NCBI GenBank assembly: GCA_009995425.1 | Contig: JAACPN010000005.1 | Location: 55,349 to 119,348 of the forward strand | Source: Legionella sp. | Lineage (GTDB): Bacteria > Pseudomonadota > Gammaproteobacteria > Legionellales > Legionellaceae | DNA: 64,000 nt | Direction of reading: 5' to 3' | Shown here: positions 45,983 to 56,665 of the stretch, one piece after another | Layout of the letters: each line of letters begins with the position of its first letter | Position numbering within the stretch: position 1 is the first letter of the stretch | Translations under genes and position numbers: made by a program | The notes under the pieces: generated by a model | What the model saw: only the letters and a program-made list of their open reading frames with translations | Database searches by the model: none | What the model was told of the DNA's origin: nothing

Positions 45983-48900
45983 TTACATTTCACGTTTTTC
46001 TAGATGCTTGCTATCTGGATTACGTGAGTGTGTCCATAAAATATCGTCGATAAGCCCATCCATCACGCTGATTTTATTTTCCTCTTCAATAAACCCTAAG
46101 TCTTCTTTAAGCTTATTGAGACGCTCGCTCAGCTCTTTTGTGATTGAACCGTTAGGAAATAACAAGGCTAAAAAGCGGCGTGCTTTAGCTGGCCCTAAAT
46201 GCTTATATAGGCGATTTCGTAGAATGGCGTCTTCAGCGGTTGTGCTGAACGCCCAAAGCTCAATAGGCCCCAAGGTTAAGGTGAGCAATTGGACCATAAT
46301 ACCCTGCTTTGTCGCAAATTGGGCAAGAAACGTTGCACCACCTTGGCGCGGCCCATGCACACGCGTGCGTAAAGCAATTTTAGCCGTTTCGGATAAACCA
46401 AAAATCTTCGCGGTTTTTGCGATGGTTTGAGCAGGCCCTGCATCCATGATAAAAACTGCCGTCGCAAATTCAATCATCACCGGATCGAAGTCATCAAGCG
46501 ACTGCGATAATAATGAAATTTGGACATTCCATTTTCGCCCTTCTCGCATGTCGATGATCACTTGATCACGTACCGCAGCCGAACGCGAGGTCCGGTGAAA
46601 TTCATCATAAACAATACGCTTAGGATCTTCGCGAATTTCACGAATGCGTTCCATGTGATACGGATGATATTGCGGAAGCACATGGGCCACACTTTCTTCG
46701 GTTAAATAATAATGTCGCGCGAGCACATAACGTGCCAACATATACATCACCGATGTTCTGCGATCGGCGGCTTCCCCACCGCTTTTTGCCACTTCATCTA
46801 AATCAAGTGACACAACACGTGCATCACCAATATCAAACGCGGTGACACGCGATAGAATCGGGTATTCACGTACAGCACTCGACACCATACGAGAAAAAGC
46901 AGCGATCAACGACTCGCCGGTAGGTGCCTTAATTTTTTCATATAAATCTTCAATGGCGGGCGTACGACAAATCGAGGCGGCATCAGCCAATAACGGCATG
47001 GCATAACGTTGGGCGAGCATGGCTTCATGAATAAAGCCTGCAGAAAATAAGGCGTCGGTCACTTCCCACCACGTCGATTTTGAATCACGAACAAAACCGA
47101 TTTCTTCCAAAAGCGCATCGACAAGATCTTCTAGGCCGGGTGAATATGGCGTTGGATTATATTCATCGGCTAAGCCTTTATATAACTCATCGATCACCAT
47201 GCCGGCTAAGTCAGGCATACCGTCATAGGGCCTATCTAAACCCAAAGGTGTGGTTAAAAGCGTTAAAAAATTGACCATAAACGAGCGCTCTGATGGCGTT
47301 AAATAACGCGATCCTAATTGTGTATCAAACGGATTAATCGAATATTCGGGCAGCATGCGCAAGCGATGATATGCCACCAGATGGCGCTGTTTTTCAGGCA
47401 GTGCTTCGCGCAACAACGAAATAAGCCCACTGCTGGATGGCCCAATATCGATGATCGCAATGCGAGGAAGCCGGGCAATACCGCCCGACATACACAACGC
47501 TAAGTTAAGCGCATTCGACAACACCGATTTACCCGAGCCTGGTCGTGCATAAACCAAATCAATCCATGTGGTTTGCTGGTTGGAACCCGGTTGATATGGC
47601 CACGGCTTACCATCCGGCGAACGAAAGAGTAATGCACCGGTTTCCCAAGGGGAAGCTGGGCGCGTAATCGGCAGCATGGTCACCACATCCGACAACGGCG
47701 CAATCGAAGCCACAGCCGGACTTGTCGTCGTCATGGCAAGCATGCTCGCAGCAAAACCCGCAAAAGGATCGCCACAGATCTCGGATGTATCGGTTGATCC
47801 CCAACCTTGGATCGCTTTAGCCAACTCTGAGCCGCGACGCCGTAACAACGACAATTGGCCCTCGGGCGCCCAGGTGGTTGCAACCACACGTAAACGTACA
47901 ATGGCTTCGTCTGTATTCAAGTGCAAGTACTTCAGTAAATTCACCGAATCACTGATCAGGCGATTTTCACTCGACGAGAATGTTAAAATAGACGCCAATA
48001 AACCTTTGAGCTTAATGCTGCTTAACCCTTCGCTCTCGACTAAAAAAGAAATTCGCCAGGGAACATGCGTGGGCAGGATGCGCGCAAACAAGGTCACAAA
48101 CGCACGTACATCTTTAGGAAATAAATCAATATACGAACTGGTATATAAGCGATTACCAACAAGAACCGTACGCCTATCAATGATTTCGGCATCGCGTGGA
48201 ATCACCTGCTTCGCAAGGGAGGGCCACAGCAAATCAGAGGGATCGCCTTCAAAGTCATTAACCTCTTGAATCGGGAGATTATCGCCCGGCAAACTGGGGC
48301 GCCAGTCTTCCGCGGTATAATCAGGATCGGCCGTCATACGAACCGCATACAACGCTTCATGGACTTCTAATAAACGCGCAACGATATTCAACGTACCAAA
48401 ATCATTCAAAACTGAACGCACAAACGCATCGTGTGTATCACGTAATTCGGGAATGGCAGCATACACGGTTTGGGCTGTTTTAAACGGTGGTGCTTTCTTG
48501 TCTTTGAGCATCTTCATTTTTGCAGCATTGGCAAGCTTTAACTGCTCTGTAGATAAATTAAATGGACGCGTGAATAGCACAAAGTAAACGTTTTCTGCTG
48601 CGCAATAGTCACTTAAAAAGTTTTCGCGCTCTTGAAATAAATCATCTAAATTTAACCCCACCCGCTTGCTTGTTGCGAGCGCAGGCGTATAAATATCATG
48701 AATGAGTTGTTTAACTTTTTGTTTATCTTGCTCAAAAAAAACTTGTATGGCATGCCCAGGACGCCCCATGGGCGCCCGAAACGCATTCGTCACACCTTCG
48801 ACCAAACGCTCAAATTCATCGTTTCCTAAGAGTTCAGTCACGCCGTCAATGCGTATGACTGACACCAAAGACCCATCATGGTTCACCAACACCGTGGGGG

Positions 48901-49012
48901 CATCAGCCGTTTCTAACTCACAATAAGATTCTGTGGTTTGTTTTAACGACGCACTTAACCAAGCAAAAAACGTATCAACCCCTTCAAAAAACGATTCTGC
49001 CCAGTTTGCCAT
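45983..49012 (-). CDS. icmB: IcmB/DotO, Dot/Icm type IVB secretion ATPase
   Basis: 1009 aa, as I recall for L. pneumophila IcmB. Walker A VYARPGSGKSVLSN. Last gene of the icmT..icmB series. Confidence 0.9.
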   Translation of the reverse strand: MANWAESFFEGVDTFFAWLSASLKQTTESYCELETADAPTVLVNHDGSLVSVIRIDGVTELLGNDEFERLVEGVTNAFRAPMGRPGHAIQVFFEQDKQKVKQLIHDIYTPALATSKRVGLNLDDLFQERENFLSDYCAAENVYFVLFTRPFNLSTEQLKLANAAKMKMLKDKKAPPFKTAQTVYAAIPELRDTHDAFVRSVLNDFGTLNIVARLLEVHEALYAVRMTADPDYTAEDWRPSLPGDNLPIQEVNDFEGDPSDLLWPSLAKQVIPRDAEIIDRRTVLVGNRLYTSSYIDLFPKDVRAFVTLFARILPTHVPWRISFLVESEGLSSIKLKGLLASILTFSSSENRLISDSVNLLKYLHLNTDEAIVRLRVVATTWAPEGQLSLLRRRGSELAKAIQGWGSTDTSEICGDPFAGFAASMLAMTTTSPAVASIAPLSDVVTMLPITRPASPWETGALLFRSPDGKPWPYQPGSNQQTTWIDLVYARPGSGKSVLSNALNLALCMSGGIARLPRIAIIDIGPSSSGLISLLREALPEKQRHLVAYHRLRMLPEYSINPFDTQLGSRYLTPSERSFMVNFLTLLTTPLGLDRPYDGMPDLAGMVIDELYKGLADEYNPTPYSPGLEDLVDALLEEIGFVRDSKSTWWEVTDALFSAGFIHEAMLAQRYAMPLLADAASICRTPAIEDLYEKIKAPTGESLIAAFSRMVSSAVREYPILSRVTAFDIGDARVVSLDLDEVAKSGGEAADRRTSVMYMLARYVLARHYYLTEESVAHVLPQYHPYHMERIREIREDPKRIVYDEFHRTSRSAAVRDQVIIDMREGRKWNVQISLLSQSLDDFDPVMIEFATAVFIMDAGPAQTIAKTAKIFGLSETAKIALRTRVHGPRQGGATFLAQFATKQGIMVQLLTLTLGPIELWAFSTTAEDAILRNRLYKHLGPAKARRFLALLFPNGSITKELSERLNKLKEDLGFIEEENKISVMDGLIDDILWTHSRNPDSKHLEKREM

Positions 49013-49042
49013 TCGTTATCTCCACATTCGCATGTTTACACA

Positions 49043-49687
49043 TCATTTTTTTTCGTCAGATGATTTCCCTGACATTTCTTCGAGCGCACCTGCTGCCCAA
49101 CGCTCAATTTGTCGACGGAATTTTGCACGTGATGGCAAAAGTCGAATATCTTGAAATAATTTATCACGTGTCGCCGAATCTGTATTTGAATCAATCAACA
49201 GCCTTCCTAATATGGCTGGATCACTGGTACCTTCCCCCAACTTTTCTTCAACGGGCTGCGATCTAAATTTAAAGCTTCGATAAATACCCTGTGCGGTACT
49301 TTTATACCCTGTATCGTTGGTAATCGCACAAAATAGAACATGACATAGACTATTGAGCTCGACTTGTGATAACTCCGGTAAATATATAAGCGTTCCACCG
49401 CCATAACCACCCACACCGACCGATTCAATAAAAAAACATTGAGCACAAAAACAACATGCAGTCACTAAATTTGCAAGCTTATTATGGGTGTAATTACCAT
49501 CTAGATTGATAACCTCTTGAAAACTTTGCGCCTGAAAACCACAAAACTGACACGTGTGGTTATCACGCTGAAAAACTTTTTTTTCAAACGCTTTAAAACG
49601 AGGATCTGCTTGCCTGGCGGAATACAACCGCCAAGCCCCTGCAGATGCCGTCAAACGTATAGAGGGCGATTTTGATGAAAGCTGCAT
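49043..49687 (-). CDS. icmJ: IcmJ/DotN
   Basis: 214 aa. Cys-rich zinc-binding pattern (HTCQFCGF ... TACCFCAQCFF). Positioned between icmD and icmB. Confidence 0.85.
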   Translation of the reverse strand: MQLSSKSPSIRLTASAGAWRLYSARQADPRFKAFEKKVFQRDNHTCQFCGFQAQSFQEVINLDGNYTHNKLANLVTACCFCAQCFFIESVGVGGYGGGTLIYLPELSQVELNSLCHVLFCAITNDTGYKSTAQGIYRSFKFRSQPVEEKLGEGTSDPAILGRLLIDSNTDSATRDKLFQDIRLLPSRAKFRRQIERWAAGALEEMSGKSSDEKK

Positions 49688-49712
49688 CGCTCATCACCCT
49701 CTTATAAGTCTT

Positions 49713-50102
49713 TTATCGACCATAAAGCGTACCACCAGCGCCCGCAACAGATTGCTCACCACCAAACATGGTTGAACCGGTCATATCCAAGATGGATGGC
49801 AGGAATAACAACGCCGCAGCAATAAACACAAGCGCAATCGGTGTACCGACGGTGATTTGGGTTGGGTTATCTTTATGAGCTTTAAACTTCATAATAGCTC
49901 CAATCGCAAAACCTAAGCCAGCTAAATACGATGCGGCGGTAATTAATTTTGCAAGATTCTCAAATGAACTGGTTACTTGGGCTGCCATATCACCTAACGT
50001 CATAGAAGTGGCCATGGCACCCGTTGAAAACATCAACAACCCCAAAGCCGCAAACGTAATGACGCCTTGCGTTCGAGCTAATTTTTTATTTTTATTTTTC
50101 AT
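49713..50102 (-). CDS. icmD: IcmD/DotP small inner-membrane protein
   Basis: 129 aa with 3 hydrophobic helices. Conserved position between icmC and icmJ. Confidence 0.75.
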   Translation of the reverse strand: MKNKNKKLARTQGVITFAALGLLMFSTGAMATSMTLGDMAAQVTSSFENLAKLITAASYLAGLGFAIGAIMKFKAHKDNPTQITVGTPIALVFIAAALLFLPSILDMTGSTMFGGEQSVAGAGGTLYGR

Positions 50103-50149
50103 TATTTATCCCCTAAGTTACATTTTTTGATAATTTTTAATGACTAAGA

Positions 50150-50680
50150 CTAACCAAACAGCGTATTTTTAATAACCTCCACCGTTCCAACAATGTTTAC
50201 AGCCAAAATGCCTCCCACAATATGCATCAAGCCTTTACCTGTTCCTCCCGGTTGCTGCCCTTGTCCCGCGGCTCGAGAAATTAAAACCCATCCTCGCGTA
50301 AAGGCATACAACCCTATCGTTTGAAAGATAATCACCACCGCATGACCTAATTGGCTATTCCCTCCAAAAAACGATTGAGTCAAACTACTATCACTATACG
50401 CCAGGACGTTAGAATAACCAAACGTCGTATTCATCATAAGCTCAAAACCCGTCGGAAAAAAGATCAAAAACCCTGCGATCATCATATTAAATAAAGGTTC
50501 TTTGATACTCGTACTCGAAGACTGCATCGTCTTCGCTTCTCCATATATTTTAAGGCTATATAACGCTTTTAGCGCAAAAGCAATACCCACCACATACGCA
50601 GCCCCCGTAATCAACTGCTGAACGGGAAGCAGTGACTTAGCAATGTTGATTAAGACACTGGTTTGACTTGCGTCAATCAT
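50150..50680 (-). CDS. icmC: IcmC/DotE inner-membrane protein
   Basis: 176 aa multi-TM protein. Conserved position between icmG and icmD. Confidence 0.75.
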   Translation of the reverse strand: MIDASQTSVLINIAKSLLPVQQLITGAAYVVGIAFALKALYSLKIYGEAKTMQSSSTSIKEPLFNMMIAGFLIFFPTGFELMMNTTFGYSNVLAYSDSSLTQSFFGGNSQLGHAVVIIFQTIGLYAFTRGWVLISRAAGQGQQPGGTGKGLMHIVGGILAVNIVGTVEVIKNTLFG

Positions 50681-50687
50681 AATTTTC

Positions 50688-51545
50688 TCAACTATCCGCT
50701 TGACTAAACTGAATCACTCGGCCAGAGCTCGTAAAAATACGCCCAAGCTTTGGATTAATTAAACGAACATCACCATACCCTGGAACTTCGGAGCCTCGAC
50801 TCACCGTAAGCGTTGCACCTTGGGTTGACATAAGCCATGCACGACCAGGAATAATGGCCTGAATGAAATATTGTGTCGATTCAACTTTTGGCCTTATTTT
50901 TTTTACGCTGGGCGTTGAAGCACGGCGCTCTGCACGTTTAATCGATTGTAAACGTACCATCTGTTGTGATTGCTGCTCCATCTTATCGTTCATTTGCTCC
51001 ATGCTTTGCTTGATTGCATCCAAGCTTGTCGTCATGTTACTCACGGTTTGCGTGACGTCTCTCATTTGCTGTTGCATGGCAAATAAATCGGTTTTCAAAC
51101 GACCCCGTTCCTCTTCAAGCGCTTTTACCTTTTTTTCGGTTTGATTCAACGCATCATTTGATGCTGCTGATACTTGTACTGGTAGAGGCGTTGCAACTTT
51201 GGGTTGCTCAGGTTGAACAGGTACAACTTTTTGTGCAACCACGGATTGTTGTTGATTGACAGCTTTAGGTGACGAATCCCAAAACGAGAGAATAAGTTTG
51301 TACGTCAGCACAAATAAAATTAAGCCACCGACCACCAGAACACCTTTTTTCATGATTTTCATCATAGCCGGGTCAAGTCGTCCCCGCCCTGGAGGTGAGG
51401 ACACACCTTCTTCGGCCCCTTCAAATTCAGCTTCATCCGCTTCCAAAGCAGCGTCAAGCGACTCCGTGCCTAACCCATCGAGATCAGCAAATTGATATTC
51501 ATCGTTGTCACCAATATCTTCAACTTGCGTGTCTTTATCAGCCAT
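50688..51545 (-). CDS. icmG: IcmG/DotF
   Basis: 285 aa. Acidic N-terminus, one TM (VLVVGGLILFVLTYKLILSF), a coiled-coil, and a conserved C-terminal domain (YFIQAIIPGRAWL...GYGDV). Sits between icmE and icmC. Confidence 0.85.
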   Translation of the reverse strand: MADKDTQVEDIGDNDEYQFADLDGLGTESLDAALEADEAEFEGAEEGVSSPPGRGRLDPAMMKIMKKGVLVVGGLILFVLTYKLILSFWDSSPKAVNQQQSVVAQKVVPVQPEQPKVATPLPVQVSAASNDALNQTEKKVKALEEERGRLKTDLFAMQQQMRDVTQTVSNMTTSLDAIKQSMEQMNDKMEQQSQQMVRLQSIKRAERRASTPSVKKIRPKVESTQYFIQAIIPGRAWLMSTQGATLTVSRGSEVPGYGDVRLINPKLGRIFTSSGRVIQFSQADS

Positions 51546-51567
51546 GATTCACCTACTCACCTAAATT

Positions 51568-54500
51568 TTATGCCAGTTGAACATCTTGCGTAAACAAGAT
51601 CCCCATCCCTGTGCCCGAGTACAACTCGACCGTGGTGGGTCGATTCATCAATTGTTGAGCAGTTTGAGCCCATGCTCTACCGACCTCACCTAAACCAATC
51701 AAAGCATTTTCGAGTAACGATCGATCGATTCCGTTTTGAACGGTTGTATCTGTCGTGCCACCTGTTCCACCGATCGTTATCGTCGTATCCGCCGATTGAA
51801 TCGCACTACTAAAACCCGCTAAAAACGTTGAGGCAAACAGCGAGCCATAACGCATCAGATAATGATGATTCACACGACCTGCGAGCGCCGTGCGAGCCGT
51901 GCTCGGATCAATCGCATACGAGCTAATCGAAATCGTCTTATCTGATCCCAACATCGATAAAGTATTAAACGTGAGCACCATTTTATTTGCATTGCCCGGA
52001 AGTGTAAAACTTCCGATGAGTTTGGAGCCTTTTAACTTTCCTGACACAATGGTTGCAAGAATAGGACCTGGCTCATCGGTATTCACCGAAGTATCTAACA
52101 CAGCAAATAAAATATCCCCAGTTTTAATAAAAATACTGTTTGAAGATGATGGATTACTACCAGGGCCATTAAACGGTTGATTGGAACGGTCGTTATTTGG
52201 CTGGGCTAAATCGCCCTGCAACAGCGCTGTTTGTGCTGTTGCTTCATCGTCTTTGACACTGCCTTCAATAAAGACTTGTGTCGCAACTTTGGTCCAATCT
52301 CGCATGGCATTTTCAGCTGCAGAAAGCATACGGTCGGTCGAGCGCTTCATTTTTTCTTTGTTACGTTGATCCGACATATTGACTTGTTGACGTGCCATAA
52401 GTGCTTGCAGTTCTTTAGCATCGGATTGCGCTCCTTTTTGCTGACGCGACGAAGCACGGCCAATATCATCCAACGTTAAGGCTTTAGACTCTGAAGCAGA
52501 CGCCGTATCGCCTAAATCATTGGCACTAAACCCGGCATCTTCCAATTGGTCCATCGTATAACCTACCGCTTTTAACTGCTCGGCAGTTGCACCTAATGCT
52601 TTTAATTGCTTTGCAGTAAATCCTGCCTCTTTGAGTTGTGGACCGGTATAGCCCACATTGTTCAGCTGTTCAGCGGTATACCCACCCGCACTCAACTGTT
52701 GTGCTGTATATCCTGCATTTTTGAGTTGCTCAGCTGTAAATCCTGCGGCTCTTAACTGCTCGGCTGTATACCCTGCAGCTTTCAATTGCTGTGCTGTATA
52801 CCCTGCGGCTTTCAATTGCTGCGCCGTGTAACCCGCGTCTTTTAATTGCTGCGCCGTGTAACCCGCGTCTTTTAATTGCTCCGCTGTAAAACCCATGGCT
52901 TTTAATTGATCCGCCGTATAACGCGCGGCTTTGAGCTCTGTTGCTGTATAACCCGCAGCTTTTAACTGCTCTGGGGTAAAGCCTGCAGCTTTGAGCTGCT
53001 CAACAGAATAACCTGCGTCGTTTAATTGCGCAGCTGTATATCCTAAGGCTTTCAAATCATCGGCTTGGTAACCTGCTGTTTGCAGTTGTTTGACCGTGTA
53101 ACCTGCAGACTCGAGCTGCTTCTGGTTAAATCCTGCGTCTTTGAGTTGTTCGGCTGTGTAGCCAACCGATTTTAACTGCTCCGCTGTATAGCCTACATCT
53201 TTTAAATCTTCAGCCGAATAACCTGCCTCTTTAAGTTGCTCCGCGGTATAATTTAATTCTTTTAAGTCTTGCGCGGTATAACCACCGGCTTGAAGTTGTT
53301 GGGGTGTATAGCCAGCCACTTCAAGTTGTTGCGCACGAAAGCCTGCCTCTTTGAGCTGCTCCGCTGTATAACCTAAAGATTTCAATTGAGCAGCTGTATA
53401 ACCTAACGCTTTTAATTCTTCAGCAGTGTAACCAGCCGTTTTTAATTCTTCCAACGTAAAACCTGCTGCTTTCATCGCTTCAGCCGAAGAGCCTAAAGCG
53501 TCTCGAATAACACCTGCAGAAACACCGGCCGCACGTGCTGAACGCAACTTATTGACGTTATTAATATCTTTTTCCATACCACGCAGACTATCCGGAATGG
53601 GTGTGTTTTTTTTGACACCAGCGGCTGTTGCAGCCATCATCTCTGCTGAAGAAAATCCAGCAGTTAGCAGATCGCCTGAAGAATACCCAGCCTTAGCCAG
53701 TGCTAAAGCATCGTAGCCCAGTTTTTTTAAGTCGGAAGCAGAAGCACCTGAATTCTTGAGCGTTTCAGCTGAAATACCTTCACGTTTTAAATCCGCTGCA
53801 CGAAAACCTGCTGTAACAAGTTCACGAGGAGAAAAGCCCGATTTTATCAGTGCAGCAGCATCATAACCGTTCTTTTTTAAATCAGAAGTAGAAAAGCCGG
53901 CTTGTTCCAGATCATCAGGAGAATAACCCGCTTGAATAAGGGCCGCCGCATCATAACCAAACTGTTTTAAATCAGCTGCAGAAAATCCAGCTTTTTTTAA
54001 CGCATCAACTGACAATCCTGCTGCTTTAAAATCTGCAGCAGCATAACCCGCTTGCTTGAGATCATCAGCAGCATAGCCTGCCTTAATAAGCGTCGCTGCA
54101 TCATAGCCAAGGTTTTTTAAATCCGATGCAGTAAAATTATATTTTTTAAGACCTTCAGCAGAAAAACCAGCACTCATCAGATCGGATGCTCGAAAACCGG
54201 CCGCTTTAAGCTCTTTTGGACTGTAACCCGTCGCACGAAGGTCTGAAACTGAATAGCCCGCATCTTTTAAATCTTTTAAAGAATAACCCGCTTTATCAAG
54301 CTCGGCAGCATTGTACCCAGCATCTTTAAGTTCTTGAGCCGTATAACCCGCAGCTTTCATAGCCTCAGCTGAAGAGCCTAAAGCATCTCGAATCACACGT
54401 GCCGAAACACCCGCTGCTCGTGCAGCGTTTAAACCACCTACATTATTTCGATCACCCTTTTTACCTAATGCAATTACACTTGCAGGCAGCGGTGGCAAAC

Positions 54501-55605
54501 CTCGCTGTGCAACGTCAATATCTTCGGGTGTAAAGCCTACTCCAGCCAGGTCTTTCGCCGTCAGACCTGCTTTTAATAGATCCCGCGCATCATAGCCGCC
54601 TTGTTTTAATTCTGCGGCGCTGAATCCATTCGCAAGAAGTGCTGCAGCACTGATGCCCGCCCGCTTGAGATCGGCGACACTAAAACCTGCGGCTTTAAAA
54701 TTAGCAGGTGGACATGCAAGACCCCGTTGAATCACGGCGGCCGTTACACCCTTCGCTCGCATGGCTTTGAGTGTGTCAACATCACAATCAGCATTGGCAA
54801 TGTCTTCCACGATCATACCTTCTGGCAATCCGCTGGCCTGCGCGACCTCAAGTGCGGAAAAACCAGCGCCGCGTAGCTCGCCATCTGAAAATCCACCCTC
54901 TCGCATGGCTTGTGCACTAAATTCAGCTCCACGTGTTTCACAGGCAGAAAAACCGCAGCGCTTCAGTTTCTCTGCCGTATAACCCACGGCTTTTAATTCA
55001 CTCGCTGTAAATGCAATGGCTTTTAATTCGGGACAAGAACAGGCCGTGACCAAATCAGGCAGTGTGTAGCCATAATCCCTGAGAATTGCACACGAACATA
55101 CGCGATGTAAATCAATAATCGAACCACCCTGCTCAACAACTTTTTTAATGACGTTACGACTGCAGTTATCATTTTTTAGTGTTTGAATCCATAAATCTTT
55201 TTGTGCACCGTTAAGATTTGCTGTCGACAATGCGGTAAAACCGAGGCCACCCTCACCCGGCTCTTCGCCGATAAGATCAATACCATCACCAAATTGTTGA
55301 GTTTTAATCAAGGTCGGGATTGCACTGCCGCCTTTTTTTGCCGCCGTTTCAGCTTGATTTATATTTTGTAGCTCCTGCAAACCCGCGTATTGGGCTGTTG
55401 GATCTAAAGCTCCAGGAATCGAGCGAATATTAGGAGAAATTCGTTTCAAATTTGTACCAGCAGAACGTGTTGGCTCGATGGCGCCACTCAATTTTAAAAA
55501 GCCAATCGTCACCGTGACACCTAGCAAAATAACGGTGAATAAAATAATCACTCGTGTTCGCGTGTTTGAAAAAAGTGCTTTTATATTTTCTTTTTTTCCG
55601 GCCAT
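51568..55605 (-). CDS. icmE: IcmE/DotG, VirB10-like core-complex protein with a greatly expanded decapeptide-repeat region
   Basis: 1345 aa. N-terminal TM. About 85 units of the xGY(T/S)AxxLKx type. C-terminal TrbI/VirB10-like domain (IFIKTGDILFAVLDTSVNTDEPGPILATIVSGKLKGSKLIGSF). Confidence 0.9.
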   Translation of the reverse strand: MAGKKENIKALFSNTRTRVIILFTVILLGVTVTIGFLKLSGAIEPTRSAGTNLKRISPNIRSIPGALDPTAQYAGLQELQNINQAETAAKKGGSAIPTLIKTQQFGDGIDLIGEEPGEGGLGFTALSTANLNGAQKDLWIQTLKNDNCSRNVIKKVVEQGGSIIDLHRVCSCAILRDYGYTLPDLVTACSCPELKAIAFTASELKAVGYTAEKLKRCGFSACETRGAEFSAQAMREGGFSDGELRGAGFSALEVAQASGLPEGMIVEDIANADCDVDTLKAMRAKGVTAAVIQRGLACPPANFKAAGFSVADLKRAGISAAALLANGFSAAELKQGGYDARDLLKAGLTAKDLAGVGFTPEDIDVAQRGLPPLPASVIALGKKGDRNNVGGLNAARAAGVSARVIRDALGSSAEAMKAAGYTAQELKDAGYNAAELDKAGYSLKDLKDAGYSVSDLRATGYSPKELKAAGFRASDLMSAGFSAEGLKKYNFTASDLKNLGYDAATLIKAGYAADDLKQAGYAAADFKAAGLSVDALKKAGFSAADLKQFGYDAAALIQAGYSPDDLEQAGFSTSDLKKNGYDAAALIKSGFSPRELVTAGFRAADLKREGISAETLKNSGASASDLKKLGYDALALAKAGYSSGDLLTAGFSSAEMMAATAAGVKKNTPIPDSLRGMEKDINNVNKLRSARAAGVSAGVIRDALGSSAEAMKAAGFTLEELKTAGYTAEELKALGYTAAQLKSLGYTAEQLKEAGFRAQQLEVAGYTPQQLQAGGYTAQDLKELNYTAEQLKEAGYSAEDLKDVGYTAEQLKSVGYTAEQLKDAGFNQKQLESAGYTVKQLQTAGYQADDLKALGYTAAQLNDAGYSVEQLKAAGFTPEQLKAAGYTATELKAARYTADQLKAMGFTAEQLKDAGYTAQQLKDAGYTAQQLKAAGYTAQQLKAAGYTAEQLRAAGFTAEQLKNAGYTAQQLSAGGYTAEQLNNVGYTGPQLKEAGFTAKQLKALGATAEQLKAVGYTMDQLEDAGFSANDLGDTASASESKALTLDDIGRASSRQQKGAQSDAKELQALMARQQVNMSDQRNKEKMKRSTDRMLSAAENAMRDWTKVATQVFIEGSVKDDEATAQTALLQGDLAQPNNDRSNQPFNGPGSNPSSSNSIFIKTGDILFAVLDTSVNTDEPGPILATIVSGKLKGSKLIGSFTLPGNANKMVLTFNTLSMLGSDKTISISSYAIDPSTARTALAGRVNHHYLMRYGSLFASTFLAGFSSAIQSADTTITIGGTGGTTDTTVQNGIDRSLLENALIGLGEVGRAWAQTAQQLMNRPTTVELYSGTGMGILFTQDVQLA
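52513..55074. repeat. 30-bp (10-aa) coding repeat region of icmE, including a perfect 30-bp tandem duplication at 52821-52880
   Basis: GCGCCGTGTAACCCGCGTCTTTTAATTGCT occurs at 52821-52850 and again, identical, at 52851-52880. Flanking units differ at only 2-5 positions. Protein residues about 178-1031. Confidence 0.85.
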
Positions 55606-55609
55606 GGTT

Positions 55610-56665
55610 TTATAACCCTTCCACCTTAAGCTGCATCACTTTTCCATGCCATGAAACCAGCAGCACGGGCGATTTATGCATTTCATAGGCATGTGTGCCA
55701 TCTGCACTGGTCATGCTTCCAAGCCATCCTGGAGACAAGATGGTTAAACTCGTTCGAACAAACATCTTACCGTTTAATAACCACGCTTGAGCATCCCCTC
55801 CACTGACCGTCAATCGTGAGCTTCCGCTTGGGGGAACACCATCAAGTACATGCAATAATACATCACTCGCCGAAGAAGGAAGGCTGACTCCCATAGGTGC
55901 TTGCTTTGCGTTAGGACCATTACCCTGTACTCGCAAATCAACACGATAATCCACGGCTTTTTGTCCTGGAATAAGTGTTAACATCACCGGGGTATTTAAA
56001 CCACGAAGTCGAACGGCTAAGTTACCATAATTATACAACTTACTCGCTTGGATCATAAGCGTGTTACTGACTCTATCCCATTGAATATTAAACGCACTGG
56101 GATCACCTAAGTCATAGGCAGAAATCGGCCAAGGCGCTCCTGTTGAATCTAAAAAAACCAACGACGACACAAAGCCTTGCGATAAACGAATCACCGGCGG
56201 TGTTGAGCCAGGTGACAAATCGACCATTTGCGACGTTGCCGTGGGTTTAGGAGGCGTGCTGGCTGAAGATGCTTTCGCATATTCATCGCTTTCATACCAT
56301 TTTTTTACCTCGACCGTTTGCTCAGGTGATAACGGAAACATCTGTTTTCTCACTTCACGAAACGCCATATCATCAATGAGTGCATCGTTCGATGGAGATA
56401 GACTTGAGGAAATATTATTTTCGCTGGAAGCTCGGCTTTTCGTAACGCGCGATTGCCTTACGGGAGGTTTTGAAGATGCAGCAGCGGCCTCAGCGGACGC
56501 CCCATCTTCTGAAGAAGATGTACCCAGTCGTTTTTGTAATAATCGCAATTGCTGGAGCGCCTGCTCTGCTGAATCTTTTTTTTCAGCAGACCACGTGATA
56601 TCAGCCAGGCCGAGACAAGCAATCAGCATACCCCAAACAAGCCTGTATTTTATCTTGTTTTTCAT
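55610..56665 (-). CDS. icmK: IcmK/DotH outer-membrane core-complex protein
   Basis: 351 aa with a signal peptide (MLIACLGLADITWSA). Conserved C-terminal beta-rich domain. Positioned between icmL and icmE, overlapping icmL by 4 nt. Confidence 0.85.
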   Translation of the reverse strand: MKNKIKYRLVWGMLIACLGLADITWSAEKKDSAEQALQQLRLLQKRLGTSSSEDGASAEAAAASSKPPVRQSRVTKSRASSENNISSSLSPSNDALIDDMAFREVRKQMFPLSPEQTVEVKKWYESDEYAKASSASTPPKPTATSQMVDLSPGSTPPVIRLSQGFVSSLVFLDSTGAPWPISAYDLGDPSAFNIQWDRVSNTLMIQASKLYNYGNLAVRLRGLNTPVMLTLIPGQKAVDYRVDLRVQGNGPNAKQAPMGVSLPSSASDVLLHVLDGVPPSGSSRLTVSGGDAQAWLLNGKMFVRTSLTILSPGWLGSMTSADGTHAYEMHKSPVLLVSWHGKVMQLKVEGL

